Made by a program: the position numbers and the translations under genes. Shown piece by piece: positions 41,969 through 52,900 of a DNA stretch of 64,000 nucleotides. The DNA lies in assembly GCA_965263355.1 (NCBI GenBank), contig CBDHHL010000032.1:2464001-2528000 (forward strand), in the 5' to 3' direction. This DNA comes from Leptolyngbyaceae cyanobacterium (lineage in GTDB: Bacteria > Cyanobacteriota > Cyanobacteriia > Phormidesmidales > Phormidesmidaceae). The notes beneath the pieces were generated by a model that was given only the letters and a program-made list of their open reading frames with translations, was not told the DNA's origin and did not search any database. Position 1 is the stretch's first letter, and each line of letters begins with the position of its first letter.

Positions 41969-42384
41969 GGGTTGGGGCCTAAATGTAGCTCGTAAGTATC
42001 CCTAACTCGCCCAGAGTCACTCACCCAGTTGGGCGGTTATATTTTTATTGATTCCAGTTATTTTGTATATCCAGAGTAAGACGTATAAAGAGTAAGACTT
42101 TGATTAGTCTAATACTGAACTAAAGGAGGTGTCCCACTAAGGTTTGACAATCATCTACCTGTAGAAGCGACGAAATCGTTTAAATTTAGCAAGCTTAACC
42201 TGATGCTCTGCCAATCTTAAAATCTAAGCTTGAAGGTGCAATAGGTGCTTTGTGTAAACCTTGTCCACATCCAGACCTGGACGTTTGCCATAGGGAAAAT
42301 CCAGGTTGACCCTTGAATGTGACATGTGTCTACCTGATTTTCCGTTTTTTGATCCTGATTTTTTGTTAAGTCATATTTATAGCC

Positions 42385-44001
42385 ATGAAAGCCATCCATT
42401 GGTTTCGGAACGTAGCCCTAGGCCTAGGCAGTGCTATCCCGCTGGTCTTAGGTAACGGTGCCTTAGCAGCAGATGATGTCACGTTATCCTATGGACTGTT
42501 AGAGCTATCCATATCGGTATCATCGTTGGAAGCCTATGCCTATGACAATCAAGTCACTGATGAATTGAATTTTTATCTCGATTTTCTTAATCAACAGGAG
42601 CGGGAAGACTTTCAAGAGATTTTGACCACTTCCCTCGACCTCAGCCCTACCACCCTATCCCGAGTCCTGTATTCTCCCCTGGCAGAAATCTGGTTGCAGC
42701 GTTTAGGGGAAGTGATTCAAACGGAGTCAAGGCAGAATGGGGCTCGTGGGCTCCGGGGAGCTTTGATTTTGGCCGCTGATGATGACACTGGGCTTACCCT
42801 ATTGAATGTAATACGCCAATTTCCGACGCCGACTCTACGGATCAACTCGGTCAAGATTTTGGATGTTGTCGATACCGTTGTGGAGCTATTGGAGGAAACT
42901 GAGGCTGCGATCGCAACACTAGAAACCCAGGCCAGGATAGAGCTAGCCGCTGTTCCCCCCGTTGACTTTACCCAAAGCCCCGATTTAACCCAGGCTGGTG
43001 GATTTACCTGGCAAACCCGGACATTGAATTTACAGGACCCCCAGCGCGATAGCGTCAACCCTGACTTGTCCGCTCGCACTTTACTAGTCGATCTATATTT
43101 ACCAGACATCAATACTCCGGCCCCTTTAGTCGTTATTTCCCATGGCTTTGGTGGCGATCGCACAAACTTTGTGGATATTGCCCAACACTTAGCCAGCCAT
43201 GGCATAGCCGTAGCAGCCATTGAACATCCCGGCAGTAATTTGCAGCAATTGGAGAACCTGGTGGCGGGGAATGGGTCAGCGGCCATGGCCCCCAATGAAT
43301 TTGTCGATCGTCCCCAGGATATTTCCTATCTATTGGACTATCTTGAAAGTCAACATCAGGGGTACCTGGCCAATCGCTTTAACCTCAATCAGATTGGGGT
43401 TATGGGCCATTCCTTTGGTGGCTATACGGCCCTGGCGGTGACAGGGGCTCGCCTCAATGTTGAACAGTTACAAAGCCGTTGTACCACTGAGCTAGCAAAC
43501 TCCGTCAATCTGTCGATTCCGCTCCAGTGCTTAGCCCTCCAAAGCCAATTTAACCAATCGCTTCAGGATGAACGGGTGAAAGCGGCCTTTGTCTTTAACC
43601 CCATTACCAGTCTAGTGTTCGGTGCAGAAGGGCTGGGCCAGTTGAAGGTGCCCGTGTTGATGTTAAGCGGCAGTGCTGATCCCATTGCCCCGGCCCTGGC
43701 AGAACAAATTCAACCGTTTACCTGGTTAACACCGGTTGAAAAGTATCTAGTACTGCTGCAAGGGGGGCGTCACAATTATGACCAGTCTGGTATGCTGCCA
43801 GACGAATTATCGGGGCCAGATCCAGACCTCGCCCGTCAGTACCTTAAGGCGTTAGGTCTGGCATTTATAAAAACCCATGTGATGCAGCAGTCTGACTATC
43901 GTCAATTTTTGCAGGCAGGCTATGCCCAATATCTAAGTCAAGACCCCCTACGGTTGACAATGATGCAGGATTTATCGCTACAGACATCCCTCGCACCATA
44001 A
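42385..44001 (+). CDS. Secreted alpha/beta hydrolase with DUF1400-like N-domain
   Basis: Signal peptide, LRGALILAA, SHGFG, DRPQDISYLLD, nucleophile GHSFGG. Confidence 0.88.
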   Translation: MKAIHWFRNVALGLGSAIPLVLGNGALAADDVTLSYGLLELSISVSSLEAYAYDNQVTDELNFYLDFLNQQEREDFQEILTTSLDLSPTTLSRVLYSPLAEIWLQRLGEVIQTESRQNGARGLRGALILAADDDTGLTLLNVIRQFPTPTLRINSVKILDVVDTVVELLEETEAAIATLETQARIELAAVPPVDFTQSPDLTQAGGFTWQTRTLNLQDPQRDSVNPDLSARTLLVDLYLPDINTPAPLVVISHGFGGDRTNFVDIAQHLASHGIAVAAIEHPGSNLQQLENLVAGNGSAAMAPNEFVDRPQDISYLLDYLESQHQGYLANRFNLNQIGVMGHSFGGYTALAVTGARLNVEQLQSRCTTELANSVNLSIPLQCLALQSQFNQSLQDERVKAAFVFNPITSLVFGAEGLGQLKVPVLMLSGSADPIAPALAEQIQPFTWLTPVEKYLVLLQGGRHNYDQSGMLPDELSGPDPDLARQYLKALGLAFIKTHVMQQSDYRQFLQAGYAQYLSQDPLRLTMMQDLSLQTSLAP

Positions 44002-44033
44002 CTAGGGCAGTATGTACGTATTTACGCCTATTT

Positions 44034-44063
44034 TATGGGCAGGCTCAGCTGGGTCTGCCCATA
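44034..44063. terminator. Stem-loop after the hydrolase gene
   Basis: TATGGGCAG...CTGCCCATA inverted repeat. Confidence 0.5.
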
Positions 44064-44142
44064 TTTCCGCATTTATTCTGATGGTAGCGTTAACGCATCA
44101 ACCTAAGTTGGAAATGTCGGTTCTAACACATCACTAACCGTT

Positions 44143-44352
44143 ATGAATACGTGTTTCAAACCAAGACCACTGTTGACCTCTGCCCTGTTTGGCTGTTTGT
44201 TGCCAGCCGCTCCGGCCTATGCAGATGAAGGGCATTGCGTTTACGCAGACAACTGTTTTTTATCCACCCCATCCATTGCGGAATACTGCTTTGAACGACA
44301 AGATTTGAGAATGACGGTGGATGATTGCAAGGATGATTTTGTCTCTATATAA
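44143..44352 (+). CDS. Putative small secreted Cys-rich protein
   Basis: 69 aa; signal-like N-terminus with AYA/DE cleavage site and four Cys in the 42-aa mature part. Confidence 0.45.
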   Translation: MNTCFKPRPLLTSALFGCLLPAAPAYADEGHCVYADNCFLSTPSIAEYCFERQDLRMTVDDCKDDFVSI

Positions 44353-44436
44353 ATACTCTATATAAGTAAAGTTGAATTACATCTCAGAGCAAGGATGGTT
44401 GATAATGGAAGGCGTTGTCAAAAACGTTAATCCATT

Positions 44437-44901
44437 ATGCCTGTACCTACTAATCTAGCGACTCTGGATGGTACACCCCTGTCCCCAGATGCGATCGCAA
44501 ATAAAGTCGTTTTGTTCGTTAACGTTGCCAGTGCCTGTGGTTTGACGCCTCAGTATAGTGGCTTGGTAGAACTGGATAAGGCGTATGGTCCCAAGGGTTT
44601 AGTCGTTGTAGGGGTACCCTGCAACCAGTTTGGTGCCCAGGAACCCGGTACTGCTGATGAAATCAAGGAGTTTACTAGGACTAAGTACGATGTAGACTTC
44701 ACACTGCTAGAAAAGCAAGATGTCAATGGCGCTAACCGTAGCCCCCTTTATCAGTTTTTGATTGGTGAAGGAGAGGACATCGAATGGAACTTTGGCAAAT
44801 TTGTCGTCGGTCGTGACGGTGAAGTTGTGGAGCGCTTTGATCCCAAAACTGCCCCCGATGCCCCTGAGCTAAAGGCCGCCATTGAGAAGGCTCTGGGTTA
44901 A
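44437..44901 (+). CDS. gpx: Glutathione peroxidase family protein (Cys type)
   Basis: NVASACGLT, PCNQFG.QEPG, WNFGKF. Confidence 0.94.
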   Translation: MPVPTNLATLDGTPLSPDAIANKVVLFVNVASACGLTPQYSGLVELDKAYGPKGLVVVGVPCNQFGAQEPGTADEIKEFTRTKYDVDFTLLEKQDVNGANRSPLYQFLIGEGEDIEWNFGKFVVGRDGEVVERFDPKTAPDAPELKAAIEKALG

Positions 44902-44927
44902 CCCCCAAGTTCAGATAACCCCATAAT

Positions 44928-44957
44928 CCCCCTTTGTCCTGGTAAGGATAGAGGGGG
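44928..44957 (+). terminator. Stem-loop after gpx
   Basis: CCCCCTTTGTCCT-GGTA-AGGATAGAGGGGG. Confidence 0.55.
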
Positions 44958-45306
44958 TATTCATTTATTGAACTATGTTCGCCTATGGGCGACTAACAAC
45001 TATGGTGCAAACAGTACAGAAGCTACAAGATAAACGTTGATTAGGTAGTATAAGCGCTGTTTTAGGCCCTGCTTAGAAAAACTCACACCATCAGATATGC
45101 AGAATTCCTCTATTGAGCAAACTTTATAAGTTCTGTGAATAAGACTGTGTGCCTGCAAAGAGGCTGGTTAAAATTCAATGATATCGTCCGTATACAGTTC
45201 AGCTATGTCTAAATAGACGATTTCGATGGTGTATTGTGACCATGCTTTACCTGGCGCTGATAGATGTAGGAGCTGTGATGGACAGTCTTTTGCCATGGAG
45301 GGTGTC

Positions 45307-46137
45307 ATGAAACAGACAGTGGGATCTCGCGAATATAAGGTGATGCTACAGAAGGGCAAGTTCGTGGGGGCAGAAGCTGCGCTAATGGAACGGGCTGGGG
45401 AGTTCTGGCAGGCCTTCAGGGAGGCTATTGAACCAATTGTTTTGGATACAGACGGCAGTTTGGATGAGGTCGAGAAGAGAAGACTCATCAGATTTTATGA
45501 TACTACGGATTGTCGTTTGAAAGGGAATGATTATATTTTTCGAGAGCGCATTGATTTAATTAAGGATAAACGGGAAGTCACACTCAAATTTCGCCATTCG
45601 GATCGTTATGTTTCCCAGGATAGGGATATGGCGGCAGATGATGAAAAGCAGGCAAAGACAAAATTTGAGGAGGATATTAAACTTCCATTTCGGAAGCTGT
45701 ATAGCTTTTCTACAAAACAGCCGATATCAGATAAAAAGAAACTCAACAAACTCAAGGATCCTGGTAAATTATATCCGGATTTGAAGCAGAAGCTTAAGTC
45801 CTATGAGGCGGATGAGCCGATTAAGGTGGTAGGAGACTTCACGGCTAGGGAAGTTGTGATTACGGGGGCTGATTTTCAAATTGGTAAAAGTCCTAAGGTG
45901 GAAGCAGACTGTGCATTAATTGCTTGGTACGATGCGAATGGTGCTGGGGATGAACCGGGGGTGGTTGAGTTTAGTTTCAAGTATGAGAATAAGACAGAAG
46001 ATTACGATGGTCAGGTGGCTCAACGGGCATATGAGGTATTTCAGATGTTAGGGCAGCAGGAAAATACATTAGCGGATTGGGTGTATCCAGATGGGCTAAC
46101 TAAGACGGCTTATGTGTATTCAAAATGTACGGACTAG
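45307..46137 (+). CDS. Hypothetical protein with CYTH/triphosphate-tunnel-like motifs
   Basis: SREYK, RFYDT..L....YIFRER, VTLKFR, KFEED, VEFSFK. Start at ATG 45307 behind GGAGG. Confidence 0.65.
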   Translation: MKQTVGSREYKVMLQKGKFVGAEAALMERAGEFWQAFREAIEPIVLDTDGSLDEVEKRRLIRFYDTTDCRLKGNDYIFRERIDLIKDKREVTLKFRHSDRYVSQDRDMAADDEKQAKTKFEEDIKLPFRKLYSFSTKQPISDKKKLNKLKDPGKLYPDLKQKLKSYEADEPIKVVGDFTAREVVITGADFQIGKSPKVEADCALIAWYDANGAGDEPGVVEFSFKYENKTEDYDGQVAQRAYEVFQMLGQQENTLADWVYPDGLTKTAYVYSKCTD

Positions 46138-46317
46138 GGTTTTGTGTTGGGTATGACCTTATGGCATTTCGCCATAGCTACCCTTCAATCACTCCTTGAA
46201 TCGATGGCTAGTCGATGCCTTAGCTTTTTGCATTAGCGTAACTTCTCTTTGAAAATCACCTGCACCTTTGCAAGTGGACAAAGATCAGTCATTCTAATTT
46301 TCACTAAAATCGTGGCT

Positions 46318-48702
46318 TTAGACAGCATGAATCATTCCTTCAGCTATATATTGCTCAAGTAATTCCTCAATTTCTTCCGCTTTAAATTGCTTAGCCAATT
46401 GAAAAATGGGTTCGGCAAAGGGAAGATAGGTTTTCTCTTGACTTATCAGGCGCTCAAGTTGCTCACATAACAGTTTTAGATCACCCATTTGGGTGGGTGC
46501 CAAGAGACGTTCTAACGTTTCCTGCGGAGGCAAGATCAATTCAGCAGGTTTGCACTCTGCCAACATCGGGTCATCGCCCTGGGATTCATAGAGCCACTCC
46601 AAGTTCAAATGGACGGCCAGTAGCTGCACCAGTTGCTTCGCATCCACAGGTTTAGCCAGAAAATCATCCCCACCTGCATCCAAGGCCATTTGCTGATCAG
46701 GCTGACTCACCGATGCAGAGGAAACGATTATCTTAGTATGTTGCAATATCTCACTATTGCGGACATGCTGCAAAAATTCAAACCCATCCATTATCGGCAT
46801 TACTAAATCAGTAATCACTAGATCGGGTTGGGCTGATTTGAGTTGCTCTAAACCTTCCTGGCCATTGGCAGCTGCAATTACTTTGAAATCCAAAGACCCT
46901 AGTAAATTAGTTAGAACGGCTTGGTTCTCCCAACGGTCATCGATAACCAAAATAGTCTGGCGATTGCCTACATAACCAATGATGCGATCGCTTTCTGAAA
47001 TCTCTTGTTGTTTAACCCAATCCTCAACCTGAGGGACTTCGATAGTGAAGAAGAACTCGCTCCCGACTCCCAGGTGGCTTTTAAGCTGAATCTTACCGCC
47101 CATTAGTTGTACGATACGTTGACTAATCGCCAGTCCTAGTCCGGTTCCTTGAGCCTGTTTTTTATGATCTCCAACTTGTTCAAACACTTCAAATAGCTTA
47201 GCAAAGTCGGTCTCAGCAATACCTACGCCAGTGTCAACGACCTGAAAGAACAGACTTGAGCGAGTATCAGATGGCGCCAAAACATCCACACGCAGGGTAA
47301 CGGTACCACTGTCGGTAAATTTAATCGCATTGCTCAGGAGATTAATCAAAACCTGGCGCAGACGCTTTTCATCAATTTCAATTCCTTCTGGCAAACGGGA
47401 GCTAGCCTGATAAACAAACTCGATACCCTTTTGCTCTGCTCGAATTTTGCACATTTCTACCACACTTAGTAGTAGAGATGGTAAGTGGACTGCAGCAGGC
47501 GCAAGGTCTAGCTTGTACGCCTCAATTTTAGAGAGATCTAAAATGTCATTAATTAACGTGAGCAGGTGTGCTCCACATTGATGGATAATATTGATCCCAT
47601 GCCGTTCTTGCTTGTCTAAGGTTTTAGTTCGCCCCAAGATTTGAGCATAGCCCAGGATGCCATTCAGCGGTGTTCGCAACTCATGACTCATGTTTGCCAA
47701 AAAATCGCTCTTCGCCTGGTTTGCAACTTCTGCTTGATCTTTCGCTTGGGCTAACTCGGCTGTCCGCACTTCAACACGCTGTTCGAGTTCTTCGTTCGTT
47801 TGTTCTAGTGTTGTAAATGCTTCCTGTAACCGCAGCACCATATCTCTAAACGTTTGAGCGAGAATACCAAGCTCATCATGGGGAAATTCTTTTGTGGGTA
47901 ACAGATTATATTTTCCCTCACCAATGGTTTGGGCAAGCTGCGTTAATCGGCTTAGGGGTGATGTGACAACACCAGAGGTAACATAAACCAACCCAAATAG
48001 AGCACTATAGGTGATACCAAATGCTAATAGTATCTGATTCCTAACACTGGATTTAACTTCGTTAATATAGCTAGCTTCAAAGTCAAGGCCTAGGAGAACT
48101 ACAGTGTCTCCCTCTGAGTTCTTGAGTGGATAGTATGTCGATATCCAGGAGCCGAATTTGTCGGTGTACAGCGGTCTTTCTGAAATGACACCTGCTTGAA
48201 AGGTTTGAAGTGAATAGTCGCTGGGAATTCCGACTTCTAGAAAATGAGCGGCATTATCAGGGTTATGATAGACGCTAAGATCACCCAGATAGACTGAATA
48301 CAAACCTGTTTCATTATCAGGTGGAGTAACGTGTGGATTGTCTGGTTGACCTTCGACCATAATATAGGTAAACAACCAGGCACGGGGTTCAACGTCATGA
48401 ACTTGCTCAAACCAGTCTAACTGTTTGAGGTATCGTGGATCGTCAGATGTACCGTCTGGGTTAGGCGTTCCTTCACGATACAGTGCGATTAATTCGTCAA
48501 GATCTAACCCTTTTGCTGTTCCGCTTGCAGTATTCCGCATGTCTTCTCGTATCTGGCCCATTGCTTTATTTACGGAAAAGCTGTAAAACCAGTAAAAAGC
48601 TGTCGCAAACACCACACTAAAGGCAACTGTAAAACCAGCCAATAGTTTCCATCTCAGACTAATAAATTTTTTTGAGTTTTTAGAGATTAGAGGCTGATTC
48701 AT
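46318..48702 (-). CDS. Hybrid sensor histidine kinase HK6 (periplasmic sensor-HAMP-HisKA-HATPase-REC), paralog of HK1-5
   Basis: [37 protein letters not shown], and the same C-terminal FAEPI.QL..QF.AEEIE tail. Confidence 0.94.
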   Translation of the reverse strand: MNQPLISKNSKKFISLRWKLLAGFTVAFSVVFATAFYWFYSFSVNKAMGQIREDMRNTASGTAKGLDLDELIALYREGTPNPDGTSDDPRYLKQLDWFEQVHDVEPRAWLFTYIMVEGQPDNPHVTPPDNETGLYSVYLGDLSVYHNPDNAAHFLEVGIPSDYSLQTFQAGVISERPLYTDKFGSWISTYYPLKNSEGDTVVLLGLDFEASYINEVKSSVRNQILLAFGITYSALFGLVYVTSGVVTSPLSRLTQLAQTIGEGKYNLLPTKEFPHDELGILAQTFRDMVLRLQEAFTTLEQTNEELEQRVEVRTAELAQAKDQAEVANQAKSDFLANMSHELRTPLNGILGYAQILGRTKTLDKQERHGINIIHQCGAHLLTLINDILDLSKIEAYKLDLAPAAVHLPSLLLSVVEMCKIRAEQKGIEFVYQASSRLPEGIEIDEKRLRQVLINLLSNAIKFTDSGTVTLRVDVLAPSDTRSSLFFQVVDTGVGIAETDFAKLFEVFEQVGDHKKQAQGTGLGLAISQRIVQLMGGKIQLKSHLGVGSEFFFTIEVPQVEDWVKQQEISESDRIIGYVGNRQTILVIDDRWENQAVLTNLLGSLDFKVIAAANGQEGLEQLKSAQPDLVITDLVMPIMDGFEFLQHVRNSEILQHTKIIVSSASVSQPDQQMALDAGGDDFLAKPVDAKQLVQLLAVHLNLEWLYESQGDDPMLAECKPAELILPPQETLERLLAPTQMGDLKLLCEQLERLISQEKTYLPFAEPIFQLAKQFKAEEIEELLEQYIAEGMIHAV

Positions 48703-48853
48703 GTTGTCTAGTCACCTGGTATTCGATAAACGTTATGGATGGCTTTTTATGATGCCCCCTTGGCCCTAGGCTTCCCTGGACCCTATGATACGCAACTTAT
48801 TTCATTTTGGAATTCGATAGTCCTATTTCAGGAAGGCTAGAGAATAGTAATTC

Positions 48854-49577
48854 TTGCTCGAAACCTTTATTCCCCAAGGAATTATGGGTAATGCTATTTT
48901 TCTCTGTCCCGCACTTAATAGCACTACCGATGGTACGACCCAGCTGGTGGCTAAAGACCATGGGAGGCAGATGGATGCGATCGCAATTATTCACCGAGAT
49001 TTTTCAGAAATGCAAGCCCTAAGTTCAACCATTTCTACCCAGTCAATCCTCAAGAAAGCGGTCATTCCAGCAGCTGGTTTTGGCACGAGAATGTTTCCAG
49101 CGACCAAAGTGGTCAAAGATGCCTGGAGAGATTATCCACAAAGCGGGCTGTGTCACCGGCACCTGGCAGGGACCCAACGCCGTTTTGAACATTACTAACC
49201 TGTACGAAAAACCTGACCTGGAGTATGCCTAAACCCATCTCCATGTGCCCGGTATGCCAGAATCAGATTTTTCAGGTGTGTTTGGCATGTATGCACTCAC
49301 ATCGGAGATTTTTGACGCGCTGGAAACAGAAATTAAGAATAATCTGCGGTACCGGGGAGAGTTTCAGCTGACCACATGCCTGGAGCGGTTACGGGAAGCC
49401 TCTGGCATGGTGGGCTGTTTGGTAAAGGGACAGTATTTTGACGCTGGCATGCCTCAGTTTTATCGACAGACCATGCACGATTACGCGCTGTCTACCCCAC
49501 CTTCCACCCGTTCCATGGTTCTACCTGGAACATCCACAAATGCCCCTGACATCCATGCTAAGACAGAGTCTCAATAG
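48854..49577 (+). pseudogene. Decayed GalU-like sugar-phosphate nucleotidyltransferase (possibly once fused to an upstream kinase-like domain)
   Basis: KKAVIPAAGFGTRMFPATK, then a frame break. It resumes as ..LYEKPDLEYA*THL (TAA 49230-49232)..FGMYAL..IFD..GEFQLT. Large central parts are missing. Confidence 0.8.
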
Positions 49578-49735
49578 GGATACTTAACCTGGCAAGCGAA
49601 GTTAGCTGGCCGTTGCTGATTTAGAGGATGAATTGATCTATTAGGGGCACCATATATCATGCAGATGAAATCATACTGGTGATCAGCAACGCCCAGAAGT
49701 ATTTGTTTTGAACTGAGTCAGAGTTAGGACTAAAC

Positions 49736-50251
49736 TTATCGCTGTGGAATCAACACCGTATCAATTACATGGATCACACCATTGGTTGCAGTAATATCTG
49801 CTGTCTCAACAGTGGCACCATTAATTGTTACCTGTTGACCCACATTCACTTGCAAAGGCAAGCCATTTTTACTGTCCACAGCGCCTGAAGAAAGCTGATC
49901 AGACGTTACGCTACCACCAATGACATGGTAAGCAAGAACGTCATACAATGTCTCTCTATTTTCAGGTTTATAGAGACTTTCGAGTGTTCCTTCAGATAAA
50001 CGGTCAAAGGCTTCATCTGTGGGGGCAAAGACGGTAAATTCCTTGCCATTAGAGCCATCAAACGCACCTATCCAACCTGCATGTTCCAGGAGAGAAACTA
50101 GAACATCAAAGGAATCATCTGCACTAGCAATCTGGGCAATGCTCTGATTACTGGTACTTTGGGCAGTTACAGGTAATGCGATCAACAAGCTAGTGAACCC
50201 GATACTAGCAACTTTAAGACATTGTGCCGTCAGTTTAGAAAAACGTATCAT
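49736..50251 (-). CDS. Secreted fasciclin (FAS1) domain protein
   Basis: Signal peptide, FTVFAPTDEAF, LAYHVI, NGVIHVIDTVL. Confidence 0.93.
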   Translation of the reverse strand: MIRFSKLTAQCLKVASIGFTSLLIALPVTAQSTSNQSIAQIASADDSFDVLVSLLEHAGWIGAFDGSNGKEFTVFAPTDEAFDRLSEGTLESLYKPENRETLYDVLAYHVIGGSVTSDQLSSGAVDSKNGLPLQVNVGQQVTINGATVETADITATNGVIHVIDTVLIPQR

Positions 50252-50552
50252 AGCCTAGTGAATTTCCTACAAAGATCATGTCGTCATTAGCTCAGCCGCC
50301 GTCAGTCACTTAGTGACTCAAATTGGCAAAGACAAAGCCTCGGATGCCCTGTAAGCATTCCATAGACGCAGATAATATTTTTGAGGTCAGAATTAATCTT
50401 TCTTGAGTAGACACTTAAAATCATTAGAACTCGCTGAGTGCGTCTATCTAAAAATGGCTATTTACAAAGCTCAGCAGTGACATTGTCAAAAATAACAGAA
50501 GTTGTGCTGTGAGATAGCGTTCATCACTCTGTCAGAATAGAATAACATTGAA

Positions 50553-50759
50553 ATGGAGTTGGATTCTAGTGAAGGACTTATCGGTGCCTATACCGCTGGG
50601 TGCCCAATCGGTCAGGGACCTCCAGACAAAGTAAAGACCATTGCAGGAATGCAATACATTGCCCAAAAAGGAGAACTTTACTTTAATCTACATACCAAAG
50701 GACAGACCTTTTATGGCGAAATGCGGGGCAAGCTAAATCCGATTACATTCAGTGCATAG
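50553..50759 (+). pseudogene. CHRD-domain C-terminal fragment
   Basis: GELYFNLHT.....GEMRG matches the CHRD C-terminal motif; the N-terminal part is absent. Confidence 0.55.
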
Positions 50760-50794
50760 GTGGGCGCTTATATGAGAGGCAAGAGGTAGGACTC

Positions 50795-51127
50795 ATGGAT
50801 ATAATCCTGGTGTTGCAAGGGCTTTTACTGCTGACTATCATTGGATTAGTCGTCTACCTATGGCGACGAAACTGTCTGCTGTCCCAACATCTCCAAACTC
50901 AACAGCAGCTCATGGAACAAACCTTTCACAAAATCCATAATGGCCCCTTGCAACTGCAATCCTATCTCATCCGAGAATTACAAAAGCGAGAAATACCTCA
51001 ACAAAAACTCATTGATCACCTACAGAGTACCTACCGAGATGTTCAAACAGACATTGAGGCCCTAAGAACTCCATATAGCAAACTCCAGGTTTCAACTTGG
51101 ACATGGTTTACTCGCTTAATTCCTTGA
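50795..51127 (+). CDS. Short membrane protein, probably a truncated sensor kinase (TM plus dimerisation helix only)
   Basis: One TM segment, then EQTFHKIHNGPLQ (HisKA_3-like H-box); no ATPase domain. Confidence 0.45.
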   Translation: MDIILVLQGLLLLTIIGLVVYLWRRNCLLSQHLQTQQQLMEQTFHKIHNGPLQLQSYLIRELQKREIPQQKLIDHLQSTYRDVQTDIEALRTPYSKLQVSTWTWFTRLIP

Positions 51128-51545
51128 TCAGTGTTAATGCCTTAGGCCAGCTGGATTCAAACATCTCAACAAAATCATTGTGAGTTTTGATTTCAATGGC
51201 TAAAGTCGTGACGTTATCTGCTTCGGTTAACCTATATTCCTCAGTAGTTCCCACCCAATTGCTTACCATCTCACCATCGGTACTTTCTTCCCCCTCTTTG
51301 CTAATAACTGAAACATGACGAACCAGAATATGCTCATTTGGGACAAGTGCTTCAATAAAAGCTTTGGTGCCACCCATGTCGGGATCCAAGAACTTAATGT
51401 AGGTGCCTTGTTTCCACTCACCATCAGCATAGGAGTTGGGTGAAAAGGCTTTTACCCACTGAGAATATTTTTCCATCTCAGTTAACGTCCTCCAAACAGA
51501 GGTTTGGGGACCATTAATGTATACTTCATAGTTTAAGGTTTCCAT
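51108..51545 (-). CDS. SRPBCC/START-like (AHSA1-type) protein
   Basis: YEVYIN.P...VW..L....Y..W, G.W..G..I.F, C-terminal helix SWPKAL..IK. Confidence 0.75.
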   Translation of the reverse strand: METLNYEVYINGPQTSVWRTLTEMEKYSQWVKAFSPNSYADGEWKQGTYIKFLDPDMGGTKAFIEALVPNEHILVRHVSVISKEGEESTDGEMVSNWVGTTEEYRLTEADNVTTLAIEIKTHNDFVEMFESSWPKALTLIKELSE

Positions 51546-51636
51546 TGGTCTTCCTCACTAACTAAAGGGTTACACGCGAATGAAAGTTTAATATCGATTG
51601 TTTTTTAGGGGTGCACCGATGTATGTCCTTCCTTTA

Positions 51637-52047
51637 TTAACCAGCGTTGTCGCAATTGATCATCCATGGAATACCAAACTGGTCCACCAGCATGCCAAAT
51701 TTGACTGCCCAGAAAGTCTCCTGAATTGGCATAGTTACCGTGCCATTTTCTGCTAAAGCGTTAAATGCTAGCTCTGCCTCTGCCGGATCGTCAATGGCAA
51801 CCATGAGGGAGGTTCCTTGAATCGCTTTGTATTGATCTGGCATACAGTCAGAGCCCATCAGAATGAAGTCTCCTAATCTGAACTCACCATGCATTACCTT
51901 TTTGCCCCATTCTGGGGAGACTTCTGCTTCCATAGGAGAGCCTTTGTAAGGAATCATGGACTCGATCTTGCCACCCAGACATTGTTCATAAAATTTGAAT
52001 GCAGTTTCACAGCGACCATCAAATGAAAGATAGGGACTTAATTGCAT
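51637..52047 (-). CDS. VOC/PhnB (YjdN)-like protein
   Basis: PYLSFDGRC..AF.FY, VMH, LMGSD, ETFWA..FGMLVDQFGIPWM. Confidence 0.9.
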   Translation of the reverse strand: MQLSPYLSFDGRCETAFKFYEQCLGGKIESMIPYKGSPMEAEVSPEWGKKVMHGEFRLGDFILMGSDCMPDQYKAIQGTSLMVAIDDPAEAELAFNALAENGTVTMPIQETFWAVKFGMLVDQFGIPWMINCDNAG

Positions 52048-52240
52048 AATGCTCTCCTTAAATGTGCTTAAAAACGACAGACTGTCAGGTTAAAACAGAT
52101 CAATGATATTGGAGTTGATTTGAGTGCCCCGAGCAATATAGTTCAATTGTACTTATTTTTTCGAATTTCTTAAATCCAAGAAATTTTTCTTAAAAAATGC
52201 TGCCCAAAGCAAAATTTAGAATTTGCTTTAATACATAGCT

Positions 52241-52256
52241 GTAGGGATATCCCTAC
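52241..52256. repeat. Perfect 16-bp REP-like palindrome
   Basis: GTAGGGATATCCCTAC between divergent genes. Confidence 0.45.
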
Positions 52257-52294
52257 GCCGTTCTAAGGCAAGGACTAGCAAGTAGCTTCCATCG

Positions 52295-52819
52295 ATGGTA
52301 GATATCATTGGCCATATTCAAACCGACTTAGGGCAACTGCAAACTTGGGTAGAGCAACAACCCGTTACAGAGTTGCTGAAAAGTAATTACGCTCGGGGGC
52401 GGTTAGAATGCTATTACGGATTGGCGGTTGATCTAAAAAAGCAACCTAAGATTGTTCCTGCTCGTCAGGATGTGCGAGTAGATGTCCTAGGAGATCGGTT
52501 GCTGCCTCAATGGCACTCTGCCTTGTTATGTAAATATCTGCCTGGCGTTGGTATTAACCCCCATCGAGACCACACTTGCTTTCAGCCCTGGGCGGTGATG
52601 GTAAATATTGGAGAAGCCCGTTTTTTTGAATATCACGGTCGAGAGCGAGTTGTCACACCGTTACATAGTGGTGATGTTGTACGGATTAATACAAAGATTT
52701 TACACGGAGTTGAACCGGTTACATCTGTGCGTTACTCACTAACATTTCGACATATTAAGGCTGATTTTTTGACATTGCCCATTAAGTTTTTTGGGAAAGA
52801 CTCTAGGTTGAAAAGATAA
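52295..52819 (+). CDS. AlkB-like Fe(II)/2-oxoglutarate dioxygenase
   Basis: KY.PG.GI.PHRD (HxD), distal H in ILHGV, RYSLTFR. Confidence 0.82.
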   Translation: MVDIIGHIQTDLGQLQTWVEQQPVTELLKSNYARGRLECYYGLAVDLKKQPKIVPARQDVRVDVLGDRLLPQWHSALLCKYLPGVGINPHRDHTCFQPWAVMVNIGEARFFEYHGRERVVTPLHSGDVVRINTKILHGVEPVTSVRYSLTFRHIKADFLTLPIKFFGKDSRLKR

Positions 52820-52900
52820 TTCACTCGGCTAGTGTTTTTAACTAATCCCTTCGTGTTATCCAAAAAGCCGCTTAAAGATATTTGGAGCTTCACTCCCAAA

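Noticed and set aside
44437..44901. Selenocysteine in gpx
   Set aside because: The active-site codon is TGT (Cys); no in-frame TGA.
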